Positions 39,886 through 49,390 of a DNA stretch of 64,000 nucleotides are shown here, in pieces. The position numbers and the translations under genes were made by a program. Below the pieces are notes generated by a model. The model searched no databases, had not been told where the DNA came from, and saw nothing but the letters and a program-made list of their open reading frames with translations. This DNA comes from Nitrospirota bacterium (GTDB taxonomy: Bacteria; Nitrospirota; UBA9217). The DNA lies in assembly GCA_963790205.1 (NCBI GenBank), contig CAWBNQ010000001.1:34688-98687 (forward strand). The letters are read 5' to 3'. Numbering within the stretch: position 1 is the first letter of the stretch; the number at the start of each line of letters is the position of its first letter.

Positions 39886-40614
39886 TCAGGCTCGCTCCTT
39901 CTCAACGATGCCGCCCCGGACCGCTTCGAGAATATAGGACTTGATAAGCGCCTGGTCCTCGGGGTTGATCTTCACGAACTTCATACCCATGCCCGGTTCT
40001 TTAAACGGGCTCGCCTCCAACGAATAACTGTACAGGACGACCGCCTCGAGTTCCATCGTCCTGCCTTTGAGTTCTACGCGGATCGGGACCCGCTCATTTA
40101 CGTCCTGCGGTTCTTTTGTCCGGACGAACATGCCGAACTCGGACAGCACCGTAACGCAACCCTTGATCCCATCCGCCACAATGCCGATGGTCGCCTCCAA
40201 GCTGGTGCCGATCCTGATGTTCTTACGCGGGGTCTTTTCTATCACCGCCTGGATAGTTTGATAAAACAGTTCCACGTCCAGGGGCTTGGCCAGACAGGCG
40301 GCGATCTCTCCCCTGCGCGCCTTGAGTTCCAGGTCCAGGTCGCGCGCCTTTGCCAGGAAAATGACCTGGGTGTCGGAAAAACGGGGGTCTTTCTTCAAGC
40401 TGGAGACGAGGCCCGCGCCGATCCCGGCATCGGCAATGATCGCGGCAGGCGGCGCCACGTGCATGAACTCGACGGCGTCCGACGCCGTGCTCGCGGTGCA
40501 GATGTTGTAGCCGAACCTCTGCAGCACCATGCTGATCAGGAAACGGTCATCCACGTCATTGTCCACCACCAGAAAATACCAGTTCTTTCTCCCCGAGACG
40601 GCTGTCCCCTCCAT
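39886..40614 (-). CDS. Response-regulator receiver + PilZ domain protein (c-di-GMP effector candidate)
   Basis: 242 aa; REC-like N-terminus (LVVDND...IIAD); C-terminal PilZ-like beta-barrel with R-x3-R (RKNIRIG) and D-x-S-x2-G (SEFGMFV) type motifs. Confidence 0.6.
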   Translation of the reverse strand: MEGTAVSGRKNWYFLVVDNDVDDRFLISMVLQRFGYNICTASTASDAVEFMHVAPPAAIIADAGIGAGLVSSLKKDPRFSDTQVIFLAKARDLDLELKARRGEIAACLAKPLDVELFYQTIQAVIEKTPRKNIRIGTSLEATIGIVADGIKGCVTVLSEFGMFVRTKEPQDVNERVPIRVELKGRTMELEAVVLYSYSLEASPFKEPGMGMKFVKINPEDQALIKSYILEAVRGGIVEKERA

Positions 40615-40955
40615 GCTCTCCTCCTTATCAGCTCACGACTGCGACACGCATTTTCTCCGACGCCGGCAAGGACGCCATCAATGATTGCTGTAGGAAAGTA
40701 TAGCAGAAAATATTCGCGGGGTCATTTCTGCCCGCCTATCTTTATGATTCACCTTGTCCCGCGATTTCGTTATGTTGAAGCTCTCGTCCATATTTTGTGC
40801 CATGCGGACGAACTTGTTTCAGGCGAAACGGGGCCGAATGCATCCGCCATGATAACCGTAGTGACAAGCCGGGAGACCGCTGGCTGCTGAACGGTTATGC
40901 TATACTAAGAGGTAAGAAGACTTTTTTCGTATACTGTATCACACGGGGAGGACGT

Positions 40956-41738
40956 ATGCTCGTCATCGCGGACAATCTCAGCGTCAGAAATGCGAAGTAT
41001 ATGGAGGCGGTAAAAAAGAAGGACAAAAAGGCCATCGAGGCCATGGCAAAGGAGCTGGCGTCTCTCGGCGCGGAGATGATCAACGTCCAGGTCTCGCTCG
41101 ACGGTGTCGGGGATGAAGACGTACTGCCCATGGCCACGGAAGCCGTGCAGAACGGCGCCTCACTGCCCTTGTGCCTGGATTCGAGGAACGTGAAGGCGCT
41201 CAGGAAGGCGGTGCTGCTCTGCAAGGAGCCGCCTATCATCAACTACCTGTCCGCGGACGAGAAAAATCCCGAGGAAATGCTCTCCCTGGTACGGGATACG
41301 AAATCGAACCTCGTCATCCGGGCGCTCAAGGGGACCGTGCCCATGACGCTCGAGGCCAAGCTCATGATCATCGAGGACCTCATCGAGAAGGCGAATGCCG
41401 CTGACGTCCCGAATGAACGGCTTTTCGCCGATCCCTCGGTCGTGCATATCAGCAAGGGCATGGGCCAGGAGCACCTCTTAAACGCCCACGAGAGTATTGT
41501 GGTGCTGAACGAGATGGTCGACCCGCCCATTAATACCGCGGTCTGGATCTCGAACGTAACGACCGGGCTCCCGAAGCAGCTGAAATCCACCGTTGCCTCA
41601 TCCTACCTGAGCTACCTCGCGGGCGCCGGGCTCAATGCCGCGATGGTAAATGTAAAGGATGCGGAGATCATGAAAGCGGTGTATCTGATCAAGACCTTCC
41701 GAGACGAGATCACCTTCGCGGCGGGGGATTTGGGGTAG
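40956..41738 (+). CDS. Pterin-binding (DHPS-like TIM-barrel) protein, methyltetrahydrofolate:corrinoid methyltransferase (AcsE/MtrH)-like
   Basis: 260 aa from ATG with GGGAGG RBS; N-terminal LVIADNLSV...INVQV pattern typical of pterin-binding methyltransferases rather than FolP. Confidence 0.5.
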   Translation: MLVIADNLSVRNAKYMEAVKKKDKKAIEAMAKELASLGAEMINVQVSLDGVGDEDVLPMATEAVQNGASLPLCLDSRNVKALRKAVLLCKEPPIINYLSADEKNPEEMLSLVRDTKSNLVIRALKGTVPMTLEAKLMIIEDLIEKANAADVPNERLFADPSVVHISKGMGQEHLLNAHESIVVLNEMVDPPINTAVWISNVTTGLPKQLKSTVASSYLSYLAGAGLNAAMVNVKDAEIMKAVYLIKTFRDEITFAAGDLG

Positions 41739-41750
41739 GACGGCTCCTTT

Positions 41751-42428
41751 TCAGCTTTTCCTTTTAGCGCTCCTGACCCGGTACAGCCTCTCGGTGAAAC
41801 CGCCTTCGGTTTCAAAGGCCTTTGCCTGGGCCGCAAGCTGCCGGTCGAGCAAGTAGCAACACAAGTTCAAAAGCGAAAGCGCGGCATTGGCCACCAGCGT
41901 AGAATCTGACACGGACCTGCACGGACTATCAGTGACAAGCACGGACTGCCGGTTTTTGTTACTGCTTTCCGTGTAAGTCCGTGCCCGTCCTTGTTTGTCC
42001 GTGTGCTTTTGTTTGTCCGTATGCTCTTTCCCCCGCTCCTCCTCCACCCAAACCCGCACATCCTCCAAAGACGCGCACCGCTTCGCCTTGAAGCGCTTGA
42101 GACTCGGATGGTCCGGCTCCCACAGGGGCAGCTCACGCTGCCGCAGAAAATCCTCGTAATCGAGCCGCAGTTCCTCCAGGCTCGCCCGGGCCACGTTGGT
42201 CAGCTTGAGTTCGGTTTTTTTGGAGGTAGCCGACGCCTGGCTGCCCTCGGCGATATTCTGCACGCCGCTCCTGGCCGCCTGCACCATCTGATCGTGCGTG
42301 CGGCTGCGCCTGCTGATATAAAGATCGCAAAACCGGACCGTCACGTCATAGACAAGCTGAGCAAGCTGGAAGCTCTTCAGATTGCGGTAACCGCCGTGTT
42401 TGGGAATAAGGGATTCCTTCTCTATCAT
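41751..42428 (-). CDS. Four-helix-bundle protein (23S rRNA intervening-sequence protein family) with an internal in-frame repeat insertion
   Basis: 225 aa versus about 120 aa typical; conserved family N- and C-termini (…GGFTERLYRVR) separated by TDKQKHTDKQ... segment encoded by GTCCGTG/CACGGAC repeats. Confidence 0.6.
   Translation of the reverse strand: MIEKESLIPKHGGYRNLKSFQLAQLVYDVTVRFCDLYISRRSRTHDQMVQAARSGVQNIAEGSQASATSKKTELKLTNVARASLEELRLDYEDFLRQRELPLWEPDHPSLKRFKAKRCASLEDVRVWVEEERGKEHTDKQKHTDKQGRARTYTESSNKNRQSVLVTDSPCRSVSDSTLVANAALSLLNLCCYLLDRQLAAQAKAFETEGGFTERLYRVRSAKRKS
41905..42025. repeat. Dyad-symmetric array of CACGGAC (x3) / GTCCGTG (x3-4) heptamers inside the 4HB gene; related copies at about 42440-42500
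   Basis: Read directly from sequence. Confidence 0.45.
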
Positions 42429-42515
42429 GGCGACCTACCTGTTTTTGTTCCTTCTGTCCATGCCCATCCGTGAACCGTCCTTGTTCGTCCGTGCGCCCGG
42501 CAAAGCAGGCATGGC

Positions 42516-45359
42516 TTATTTACTCCTTTTTTTCTTTTTCGTCTTCATTGTCTCTGGTGCAGGCAGCAGGCTCGTATACTTGTGATACAGCTCAAACAGG
42601 AACGCCACGCGTTCGGCATCGGAGGTGAAGGTCTTCTTTCCATAAGCGGCATCAACGGCCTTATCAAGCGCTTGATGCGCCTTTCGTAAGTCCGGCGGCA
42701 TGGCAACCGGGTCGTAGAGGTCAGCAAGTGACGCGTCGGGATGCGCGGCACGAGCATCGAGTACGGCCTGTGCTGCTTTCTCAATTGCTGATTTCTGTTT
42801 GTCGGTTGGATTGCTCGGCCAAGGGAAGTTGTTGTAGACCGATGGTGCATAGCTATAGCGACTTTCTAGGCGGCCAGCAACAGCACGAACCCATGCCATG
42901 TGCATTGTTGAGGACAAGACGCCGAGATGGTAGAGCGTTGCACCGACAACGATCTGAAGTTTGTTACTGGCAATAATCGATGCGGGCAAGAATGCCATCG
43001 GAATGTATTGTCGATTCTCGGATGAGACTTCAGGCACGGCTAAATACGCTCTACTTGGTTGGCGATCCTGTGTAAACAGTGTTGGGTATTCTGCGAACTC
43101 GCGTACGCTCTTTGTCGGGCTCTTCAAGCGGGCATTCCTTACTCCGGAAACCCGCTCATGGATATGAGGAAGTGCTTTTAATTCTGCCGGGCTGATATTT
43201 TTTAACCAAAGACACCATCGATTCATGCCTTGAAGCAATTCATCACCACCCATATATGGGCGCAGCCACTTCTTGGCGTCAGGCTCAGTCTTAAGCAGAG
43301 CCTTTTTATCATCCTCGTCAAGAATAAGAAATCCACCATCAGTTGGCTGACTACCCTTTTTCATTTGTGGTATATCAGGCAGTGGATCTGTTCGTGAAGG
43401 TAGCAGCATATCGGGTGCATCTACGAGATAAGGATTGATATTATAAGCTTTGCGTGCGTGAGGTACGCCGTTTATATCGGGATAGTCATAGATGGTTTTA
43501 CAATCAGTATCGTGCAATGCAAAGCCTATGATGACACAATGAACCGCTGCTTCTCCACGAGCTTCATTGCTCCATCGAAACGTGCGATGAGCAAAATGGA
43601 TCTTCGCACCTAGTCGTAGCAGCTCACTCCACAAAATGCCAACCTGCTCCCCTTGTGAAATCGAATTTGTTGAAACAAAGGCCATTTTTACACGGTTGCA
43701 TGGCGATTTAATCATCCCGGAAAGTTTATCCGTCAAACTCGCTATCCGGTCATCGCCCTTCACATACTTTACTGCCTTCAAATACCAGGCAGTAACATAG
43801 TCCAGGCGTCCAAAACGACCCTCGCTACCCCACACCGCTGTCATATCGGCAACTTGTTGCGCGTTGCGCCACTGATGACCCACAAACGGCGGATTACCAA
43901 AAACGTAGTCAACCTGCTCGGCAGAGATTACTTTGTTCCAGTCCATTTGCAAAGCGTTCCCGCAATGGATCGACGCCGAGTGAATCAGCGGCAGGCGGCG
44001 GAAGTACTGACCGAATTCTTCGGACACCTTCATGTTCATCTGGTGGTCCGTGAGCCAGAGGGCGACCTGCGCGATCTGTGCCGGGAATTCCTCGATCTCG
44101 ATGCCGTAGAATTGGTTAACGTCCACCTGGATCAAACGAAAGATATCCGTATACTGCTGTCCCTTTTCCGTCTTAAGCGCCGCTCTCAATATTTCAAGCT
44201 CCAACTTTCTCAGTTCCCGATAAGCAATGACAAGGAAGTTTCCACATCCGCAAGCCGGATCGAAAAATTTCAGCCGGGCAAGTTTTTTATGCAGCTCGAA
44301 GAGCTTGTTCGTGCTCCGCTTCGAGGCCTCGAACTCGGCCCAGAGATCGTCGAGGAACAGCGGCTTGATGAGCTTCAGGATATTCTGTTCGCTCGTGTAG
44401 TGCGCGCCGAGATTGCGCCGCCGGGCGGACCCTTCTTCGTCCATAACACACTGAAAGAGCGCTCCGAAGATTGCGGGAGATATGCGGCCCCAGTCAAGCG
44501 CGCAACAGTCGAGAAGCAGCGTCCGCATCGCGCTGTCGCATGCGGATATGGGCAGCGTCTCCTCGAACAGCCGCCCATTCACATAGGGGAAAGCGGCGAA
44601 TACTTCGTCAAGGCCCTTTTGACGTTTACTTTCGGGAGTGTTAAGGACCTGAAACAGCATTGACAGTTGCGGCCCGAGATCGGAGCCGTCTTCGACTGTA
44701 TTGTTCTCGATAAAATCACGGAATGAACCACGTGGTTCAAAGAGCGTGGTGTCCTCGGCAAAGAGGCAGAAGAGCAGGCGAACGAGCATCACTTCAAGGA
44801 CGTGTCCCTCGTAACCCGCCGATCGCAAGCGGTCATGGAGCTTTCCCATGCTCTCGGCCGCCTTGATGTTTACAGGGTCCTGCTCGGTTATCTTCTGCGT
44901 CGTATAGCCGGCGATGAAGCCGAACAATTTTATGTTCTTGTAAAGGTCCTTGAGGGGAAATTCATTCTGCGTCTTTGAATCAAGATTGTAGAGACGAATG
45001 CGGGCGAAGTCGGAGACGATGACGTAGCGGGGTAGGTCGCGTTCGGCCAGGCCTTCAAAGTAATCCAAAGCCTGCCGATATGCCGAATCGAGGTCCTTGC
45101 CGAGAGACTTGTGCTCGGCGATGAGCATTCCCTTCCAGAGAAGATCGATGAATCCGCCCTTGCCGCCTTTTTCCTCGTATCGTTTGCGGGCAAGCTTAAC
45201 CGGCTCTTCAAAGCTCGCAAGACGCCTGCGAGACATGCCGAAGACATTGAAGAACTCATTCCAAAACGTCTGTGCCTCGGCACGCTCGGCCTTCGCTCCT
45301 TCCCACTCACGGGAGAAAGCGAGGGCGCGGTCTTTGATTTCGTTCAGGGAAAGGGGCAT
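42516..45359 (-). CDS. MmeI-family Type IIL restriction-modification enzyme (fused endonuclease, N6-adenine methyltransferase, TRD)
   Basis: 947 aa; near-collinear with MmeI: N-terminal nuclease region (DLDSAYRQALDYF, PRYVIVSDF), SAM motif I FFDPACGCGNFLV, motif IV GNPPFVG, conserved C-terminal TRD blocks; region AT-richer than surroundings. Confidence 0.9.
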   Translation of the reverse strand: MPLSLNEIKDRALAFSREWEGAKAERAEAQTFWNEFFNVFGMSRRRLASFEEPVKLARKRYEEKGGKGGFIDLLWKGMLIAEHKSLGKDLDSAYRQALDYFEGLAERDLPRYVIVSDFARIRLYNLDSKTQNEFPLKDLYKNIKLFGFIAGYTTQKITEQDPVNIKAAESMGKLHDRLRSAGYEGHVLEVMLVRLLFCLFAEDTTLFEPRGSFRDFIENNTVEDGSDLGPQLSMLFQVLNTPESKRQKGLDEVFAAFPYVNGRLFEETLPISACDSAMRTLLLDCCALDWGRISPAIFGALFQCVMDEEGSARRRNLGAHYTSEQNILKLIKPLFLDDLWAEFEASKRSTNKLFELHKKLARLKFFDPACGCGNFLVIAYRELRKLELEILRAALKTEKGQQYTDIFRLIQVDVNQFYGIEIEEFPAQIAQVALWLTDHQMNMKVSEEFGQYFRRLPLIHSASIHCGNALQMDWNKVISAEQVDYVFGNPPFVGHQWRNAQQVADMTAVWGSEGRFGRLDYVTAWYLKAVKYVKGDDRIASLTDKLSGMIKSPCNRVKMAFVSTNSISQGEQVGILWSELLRLGAKIHFAHRTFRWSNEARGEAAVHCVIIGFALHDTDCKTIYDYPDINGVPHARKAYNINPYLVDAPDMLLPSRTDPLPDIPQMKKGSQPTDGGFLILDEDDKKALLKTEPDAKKWLRPYMGGDELLQGMNRWCLWLKNISPAELKALPHIHERVSGVRNARLKSPTKSVREFAEYPTLFTQDRQPSRAYLAVPEVSSENRQYIPMAFLPASIIASNKLQIVVGATLYHLGVLSSTMHMAWVRAVAGRLESRYSYAPSVYNNFPWPSNPTDKQKSAIEKAAQAVLDARAAHPDASLADLYDPVAMPPDLRKAHQALDKAVDAAYGKKTFTSDAERVAFLFELYHKYTSLLPAPETMKTKKKKRSK

Positions 45360-45462
45360 CGCAAATTGAGAATATTACAGATTTCCTCAAAATGCAATGG
45401 TAAATCATCAGATTAATTAATTGAGAGAGGGTGACTGGATTAGAAAAAAGAATGGCCTGCGG

Positions 45463-46470
45463 CTACCGCTGCGAATATTCCTTCTGCACGTCCGGGATAA
45501 GCCGCTGGTACTCTTCGTAGGGTATCTTCGAATTCCAGTTGTTCGTGGCCATGCCGACGCCGATCACAAGATAAAAGAGAACGAGCAGAATAACGGGAAA
45601 GAGCCAGGGCGTTATCGTCCTGACCTTTTTGCCGGTGCGCAGCGAAAGGTCGAGCGCTCCCTCGGCAGGGCAGCGGGATACGCAGGTGAGGCAGCCGAAA
45701 CATTCCTCGGATTTCACGACCTCTTTGCTCTCCACGTCGATCAAGGTCGGGCAGTGCTTCGTGCAGGCATGGCAGTGGACGCACTTTTCTTCGTTTCGTC
45801 TGATCTTGAAGGGACTCAGGCGGCTTACGAGGCCGAGGAGCGCGCCGTAGGGGCAAAGATAGCGGCACCAGAAGTTCTTATACAGGACTGACAAGGCAAC
45901 GAGTGCGATCAGGATCCACATCGTGAGCGTCGACATATCGGTAAAGAACTTCAGCATCCGCACGTCCACTGTCTTGTAATAGTCACCAATAATAAATATT
46001 ACCGTCGACCACAGAGGCATGACGCCGATAAATAAGATAAAGAACCCGAGCAATACGTACTTGAGTGACCGGAGCGAGATGTCCGTGAATCTGCCGATCC
46101 GGAAGTTCCTGCCGAAGATCTTTTCCCCCGCCATCCAGACATACTGCGACAGCGTGCCGATCGGGCAGATCCAGCCGCAGAAGCCCTTTTTCATGATCAG
46201 GGAAACACCGAGGATGGCGACGAACAGGATGAAGCCCGAGGGGTGCACCGGATCGACAATGCCCGTAAAGAGAAAGTACTTGAAGGCCATGAGCCCGCCG
46301 ATCGGCAAAAAAGCGTCTACCGACGCGGGCCGCCGCACAAAGGGGCTGGCCGGTACCTCGAACTGCTGGACGAACTGATAGAACCGGTAACCGATGAAGA
46401 GCGTGAGGAGGACAAAACCGAACTGTACCGCATACCGCAGGAAGCGAAGATATGTTCTCTCTTTGTACAT
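45463..46470 (-). CDS. NapH/MauN/CcoG-family membrane-bound polyferredoxin (4 TM + two 4Fe-4S ferredoxin motifs)
   Basis: 335 aa; GFCGWICPIG and WCRYLCPYG family motifs plus CVHCHACTKHCP and CFGCLTCVSRCP. Confidence 0.7.
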   Translation of the reverse strand: MYKERTYLRFLRYAVQFGFVLLTLFIGYRFYQFVQQFEVPASPFVRRPASVDAFLPIGGLMAFKYFLFTGIVDPVHPSGFILFVAILGVSLIMKKGFCGWICPIGTLSQYVWMAGEKIFGRNFRIGRFTDISLRSLKYVLLGFFILFIGVMPLWSTVIFIIGDYYKTVDVRMLKFFTDMSTLTMWILIALVALSVLYKNFWCRYLCPYGALLGLVSRLSPFKIRRNEEKCVHCHACTKHCPTLIDVESKEVVKSEECFGCLTCVSRCPAEGALDLSLRTGKKVRTITPWLFPVILLVLFYLVIGVGMATNNWNSKIPYEEYQRLIPDVQKEYSQR

Positions 46471-46514
46471 GTTCGGATGATATATGTTTTACACCTCGGC
46501 CGCTATGATCCGGA

Positions 46515-46862
46515 TCATAGCGCTCCGTTTTTTTGGCGCTCGATGACCCTCTCGATCCCCAGCCGGGTCGCTGAAAATCCGGGGACCGTAGGCTCTTCCT
46601 CTTTTTTAACGGTGACAAAAAAATCGCAGCGCCAGCAGTTGTTCAGCTTCTGCGCGTAGGTGCCCTGGATCTTGCCACCGCAAAGCGAGCCGGCGATGGC
46701 CCAGCACGCCCTGCCTGCGTTGATGCCGCCGTGCGCCCCATGCAATTCCTCGTGCGTGGTTACGGGACAGACGCCGAGATCATGCGTTCTCGGTCCGCCG
46801 GGCTGCCGTCCGCAGTCCTTGAACTCCCAGCAGTTCTTTTTTGCACTATCAACAAGCTTCAT
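46515..46862 (-). CDS. Small Cys/Trp-rich protein resembling the deltaproteobacterial two-CW domain family
   Basis: 115 aa, 9 Cys; NCWEFKDCG ... GRACWAIAGSLCGG ... NNCWRCDFF; family name from memory. Confidence 0.4.
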   Translation of the reverse strand: MKLVDSAKKNCWEFKDCGRQPGGPRTHDLGVCPVTTHEELHGAHGGINAGRACWAIAGSLCGGKIQGTYAQKLNNCWRCDFFVTVKKEEEPTVPGFSATRLGIERVIERQKNGAL

Positions 46863-47090
46863 ACCGAACGCTCCTCTTGTTCATTCCATACGGAAAAGTC
46901 AAAAACCCGGCGCTGCACAGCAAGGGTTTTTGTGGAAGAATAATATACAGCGTCGCCAATGGGAAAGTCAACTTTTTTTCAACAATGCTCATGATTAATT
47001 TTTATATACTTTTCGGGCTGCGCACAAGCGCTTCCCCCATCTTTCTGTTTTTCTGAGCAATGCAATAAGCTTTGCAATCAACGCGGGACT

Positions 47091-48494
47091 GTGCTATTTT
47101 TTACCATGCCGGGAATACTCGACGAATTTTTCTACCCCAGGACCGTCGCCCTCATCGGCGCCACGGACAAGCCCAACAAGCCCGGACGGGCCATCCTTGA
47201 GAACCTCGCCCATTTTAACGGCGCGGTTTATCCCGTGAATCCCAAACATGGAACGTTGCTCGGCCACCGGTGCTATGCTTCGATCGCAGAGGTCCCGGAA
47301 AAAATCGATCTTGCCATCGTTGCCCTGCCGGCGGCGCTCGTGGGACATGAGGTCGATGCGCTCAGGGCAAAAGGCGTCCAAAGGCTCATTATCATCAGCT
47401 CCGGGTTCTCCGAGGCTGGCGAGGCGGGCGTGCAGATGCAGAAACGCATCGCCGGGAAAATACATGAATACGGAATGCGGCTGATCGGACCGAATGCCCT
47501 GGGCGTCTACAACACGGAGAACGGCCTCGACAGCTTCTTCGTCTCCCGGGAGCGGGTCTCGAGGCCCGCCGCGGGACGGCTCTCGATCATCTCCCAGAGC
47601 GGGGCCATCACCGTGATCCTGATGGAAGCGCTCGCCCGCGACGGGATAGGCCTTGCGAAGGCCGTTAACTACGGCAACCGGCTGGATGTTGACGATGCCG
47701 ACTGCCTCGACTACTTCGCCGACGATCCGCGGACGGGCGCTGTAGCCATGTATATGGAATCCGTCGCCGACGGGAAAAAATTCCTGCAAGCTGCTAAGAA
47801 TTTCACGGCCAGGAAACCGCTCGTGGTCTGGAAGGCCGGGAAATTCGAGACCGGCGCGGCGGCAGTCACCTCCCACACCGCAACGCTCGCCGGACGGTAT
47901 GGCCTCTATCAGGCGGCCATTCGCCAGTCCGGCGCAATCGAGGCCTATGGCTTCGAACACATGGTCGACGCGGCAAAGGCCGTGGCCATCATGGACTATC
48001 CCTGTATGGGCGGCAGGCTCCTGATCGTGACGAACGGCGGCGGCATGGCCGTCGCAGCGGCGGACCAGGCAGGCATGGAAGGGTTCACCATGCCGCGCGT
48101 GCCGGAAGGAGTACGGGAAAGGCTGAGACTGGCTTTCCCGCCCTATTTCGTGCTGAACAACCCCATCGACATTACCGGCAGCGGTAAAGACGAGGATTAC
48201 CGCACGGCGCTCACGGAAGCGCTTCCCCATTATGATGCCGCCATCGTCATCGTGCTCATGGGCGCCACGACGGTAACTGAATCGGTAACGGAATTGATCG
48301 CCCGCGCCTGTCATGAGGCGAAAAAACCGGTCGCCTGCTGCATACTCCAGGGGCTGGGGTACACGCGGGAGGCCATGTCCGTGCTCTTGAAACTCGGCAT
48401 TCCCGTCTACCCCTCGCCGGAGCGGGCGGTGCGAGCGCTCGCGGCGCTCAGGAAGGTCGCGTGCAGAGGTACTCAGGAAGAAGCCCGCAGCTGA
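47091..48494 (+). CDS. Acetyl-CoA synthetase (ADP-forming) alpha subunit (CoA-binding + succinyl-CoA-ligase-like flavodoxin domains)
   Basis: 467 aa; VALIGATDKPNKPG CoA-binding Rossmann, phosphohistidine-loop region. Confidence 0.8.
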   Translation: MLFFTMPGILDEFFYPRTVALIGATDKPNKPGRAILENLAHFNGAVYPVNPKHGTLLGHRCYASIAEVPEKIDLAIVALPAALVGHEVDALRAKGVQRLIIISSGFSEAGEAGVQMQKRIAGKIHEYGMRLIGPNALGVYNTENGLDSFFVSRERVSRPAAGRLSIISQSGAITVILMEALARDGIGLAKAVNYGNRLDVDDADCLDYFADDPRTGAVAMYMESVADGKKFLQAAKNFTARKPLVVWKAGKFETGAAAVTSHTATLAGRYGLYQAAIRQSGAIEAYGFEHMVDAAKAVAIMDYPCMGGRLLIVTNGGGMAVAAADQAGMEGFTMPRVPEGVRERLRLAFPPYFVLNNPIDITGSGKDEDYRTALTEALPHYDAAIVIVLMGATTVTESVTELIARACHEAKKPVACCILQGLGYTREAMSVLLKLGIPVYPSPERAVRALAALRKVACRGTQEEARS

Positions 48495-48574
48495 TAGCCC
48501 ATGGCTGGCATCGTTTGCTATGAACTACGGGCCATACGCGAAAAGCCGCGGTAATCCGCGTCTCACCATACAGT

Positions 48575-49279
48575 ATGAAAACTCTTGACGGGGTCATACA
48601 AACCGCTCTGAAGGAAGGCCGCAAGGCTCTCCTCGAACACGAGGCCAGGGAACTTGCGCGCTCCGTCGGGATTATTGTGCCTAAATTCGAGGTTGTCGGT
48701 CCGAACGACGAGGAGGCTCTTCTCCGTGCGGCGGAGAAGCTCGGCTATCCCATCGCTGTCAAGGCTGTGTCGCCTGACATTCTGCACAAGACCGAAGCCG
48801 GAGCGGTCATGCTCGATATCAAAAATAAAAGAGAGCTGGCATCGGCGGTCAAGCAGATCTTGAATACCATATCCCATCGATTGCCGAATGCGATGGTCCT
48901 CTATTTCTTACTCGAGAAGATGATGCCGCCCGGGCCTGAGCTTTTGATAGGCGGCCTGCGTGATGAGCAGTTCGGTCCGGCGATCGCGTTCGGCCTCGGC
49001 GGGATCTGGACCGAAACGCTGAAAGACGCTGTCTTCGGCATCCTGCCGCTGTCCCGGGACGAGATGATCGACATGATCGACGAGACCAGGGCCGGCCTGT
49101 TTTTCAAGGCATTCCGGGGGGCCGCGCCGCTCGACCGGGAGCCCGTGCTGTCGGTCATGCAGGCAGTCTCCCGGCTCTTGACGGAACATCAGGAGATCCG
49201 TGAAATAGACCTGAACCCCGTCCGCGTTTACGCACGAGGCGCTGCTGCGCTCGACGTGCGGATCCTGCTCACGGCGTAA
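48575..49279 (+). CDS. Acetyl-CoA synthetase (ADP-forming) beta subunit (ATP-grasp domain)
   Basis: 234 aa; ATP-grasp N-terminal pattern LLEHEARELARSVGI...GYPIAVKA. Confidence 0.75.
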   Translation: MKTLDGVIQTALKEGRKALLEHEARELARSVGIIVPKFEVVGPNDEEALLRAAEKLGYPIAVKAVSPDILHKTEAGAVMLDIKNKRELASAVKQILNTISHRLPNAMVLYFLLEKMMPPGPELLIGGLRDEQFGPAIAFGLGGIWTETLKDAVFGILPLSRDEMIDMIDETRAGLFFKAFRGAAPLDREPVLSVMQAVSRLLTEHQEIREIDLNPVRVYARGAAALDVRILLTA

Positions 49280-49390
49280 CCCCGGCCGGCTTTATTTCGA
49301 GCTGATCGCACCTTTGATTCTCATATTTATCTTTTGTAGTAGCGCCGAATGACCATGAAGGCAAAACTCTGCCGGCACGAAAGGGATTTA

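Noticed and set aside
40956-41738. Dihydropteroate synthase (FolP) assignment
   Set aside because: N-terminus lacks FolP pterin-pyrophosphate motifs and fits the methyltransferase (AcsE/MtrH) pterin-binding pattern better; left as MeTr-like with moderate confidence
41905-42500. Possible CRISPR array or CRISPR-like repeats near the RM gene
   Set aside because: Repeats are 7-nt units with irregular spacing inside and beside a coding gene; no regular repeat-spacer periodicity and no cas genes in the window
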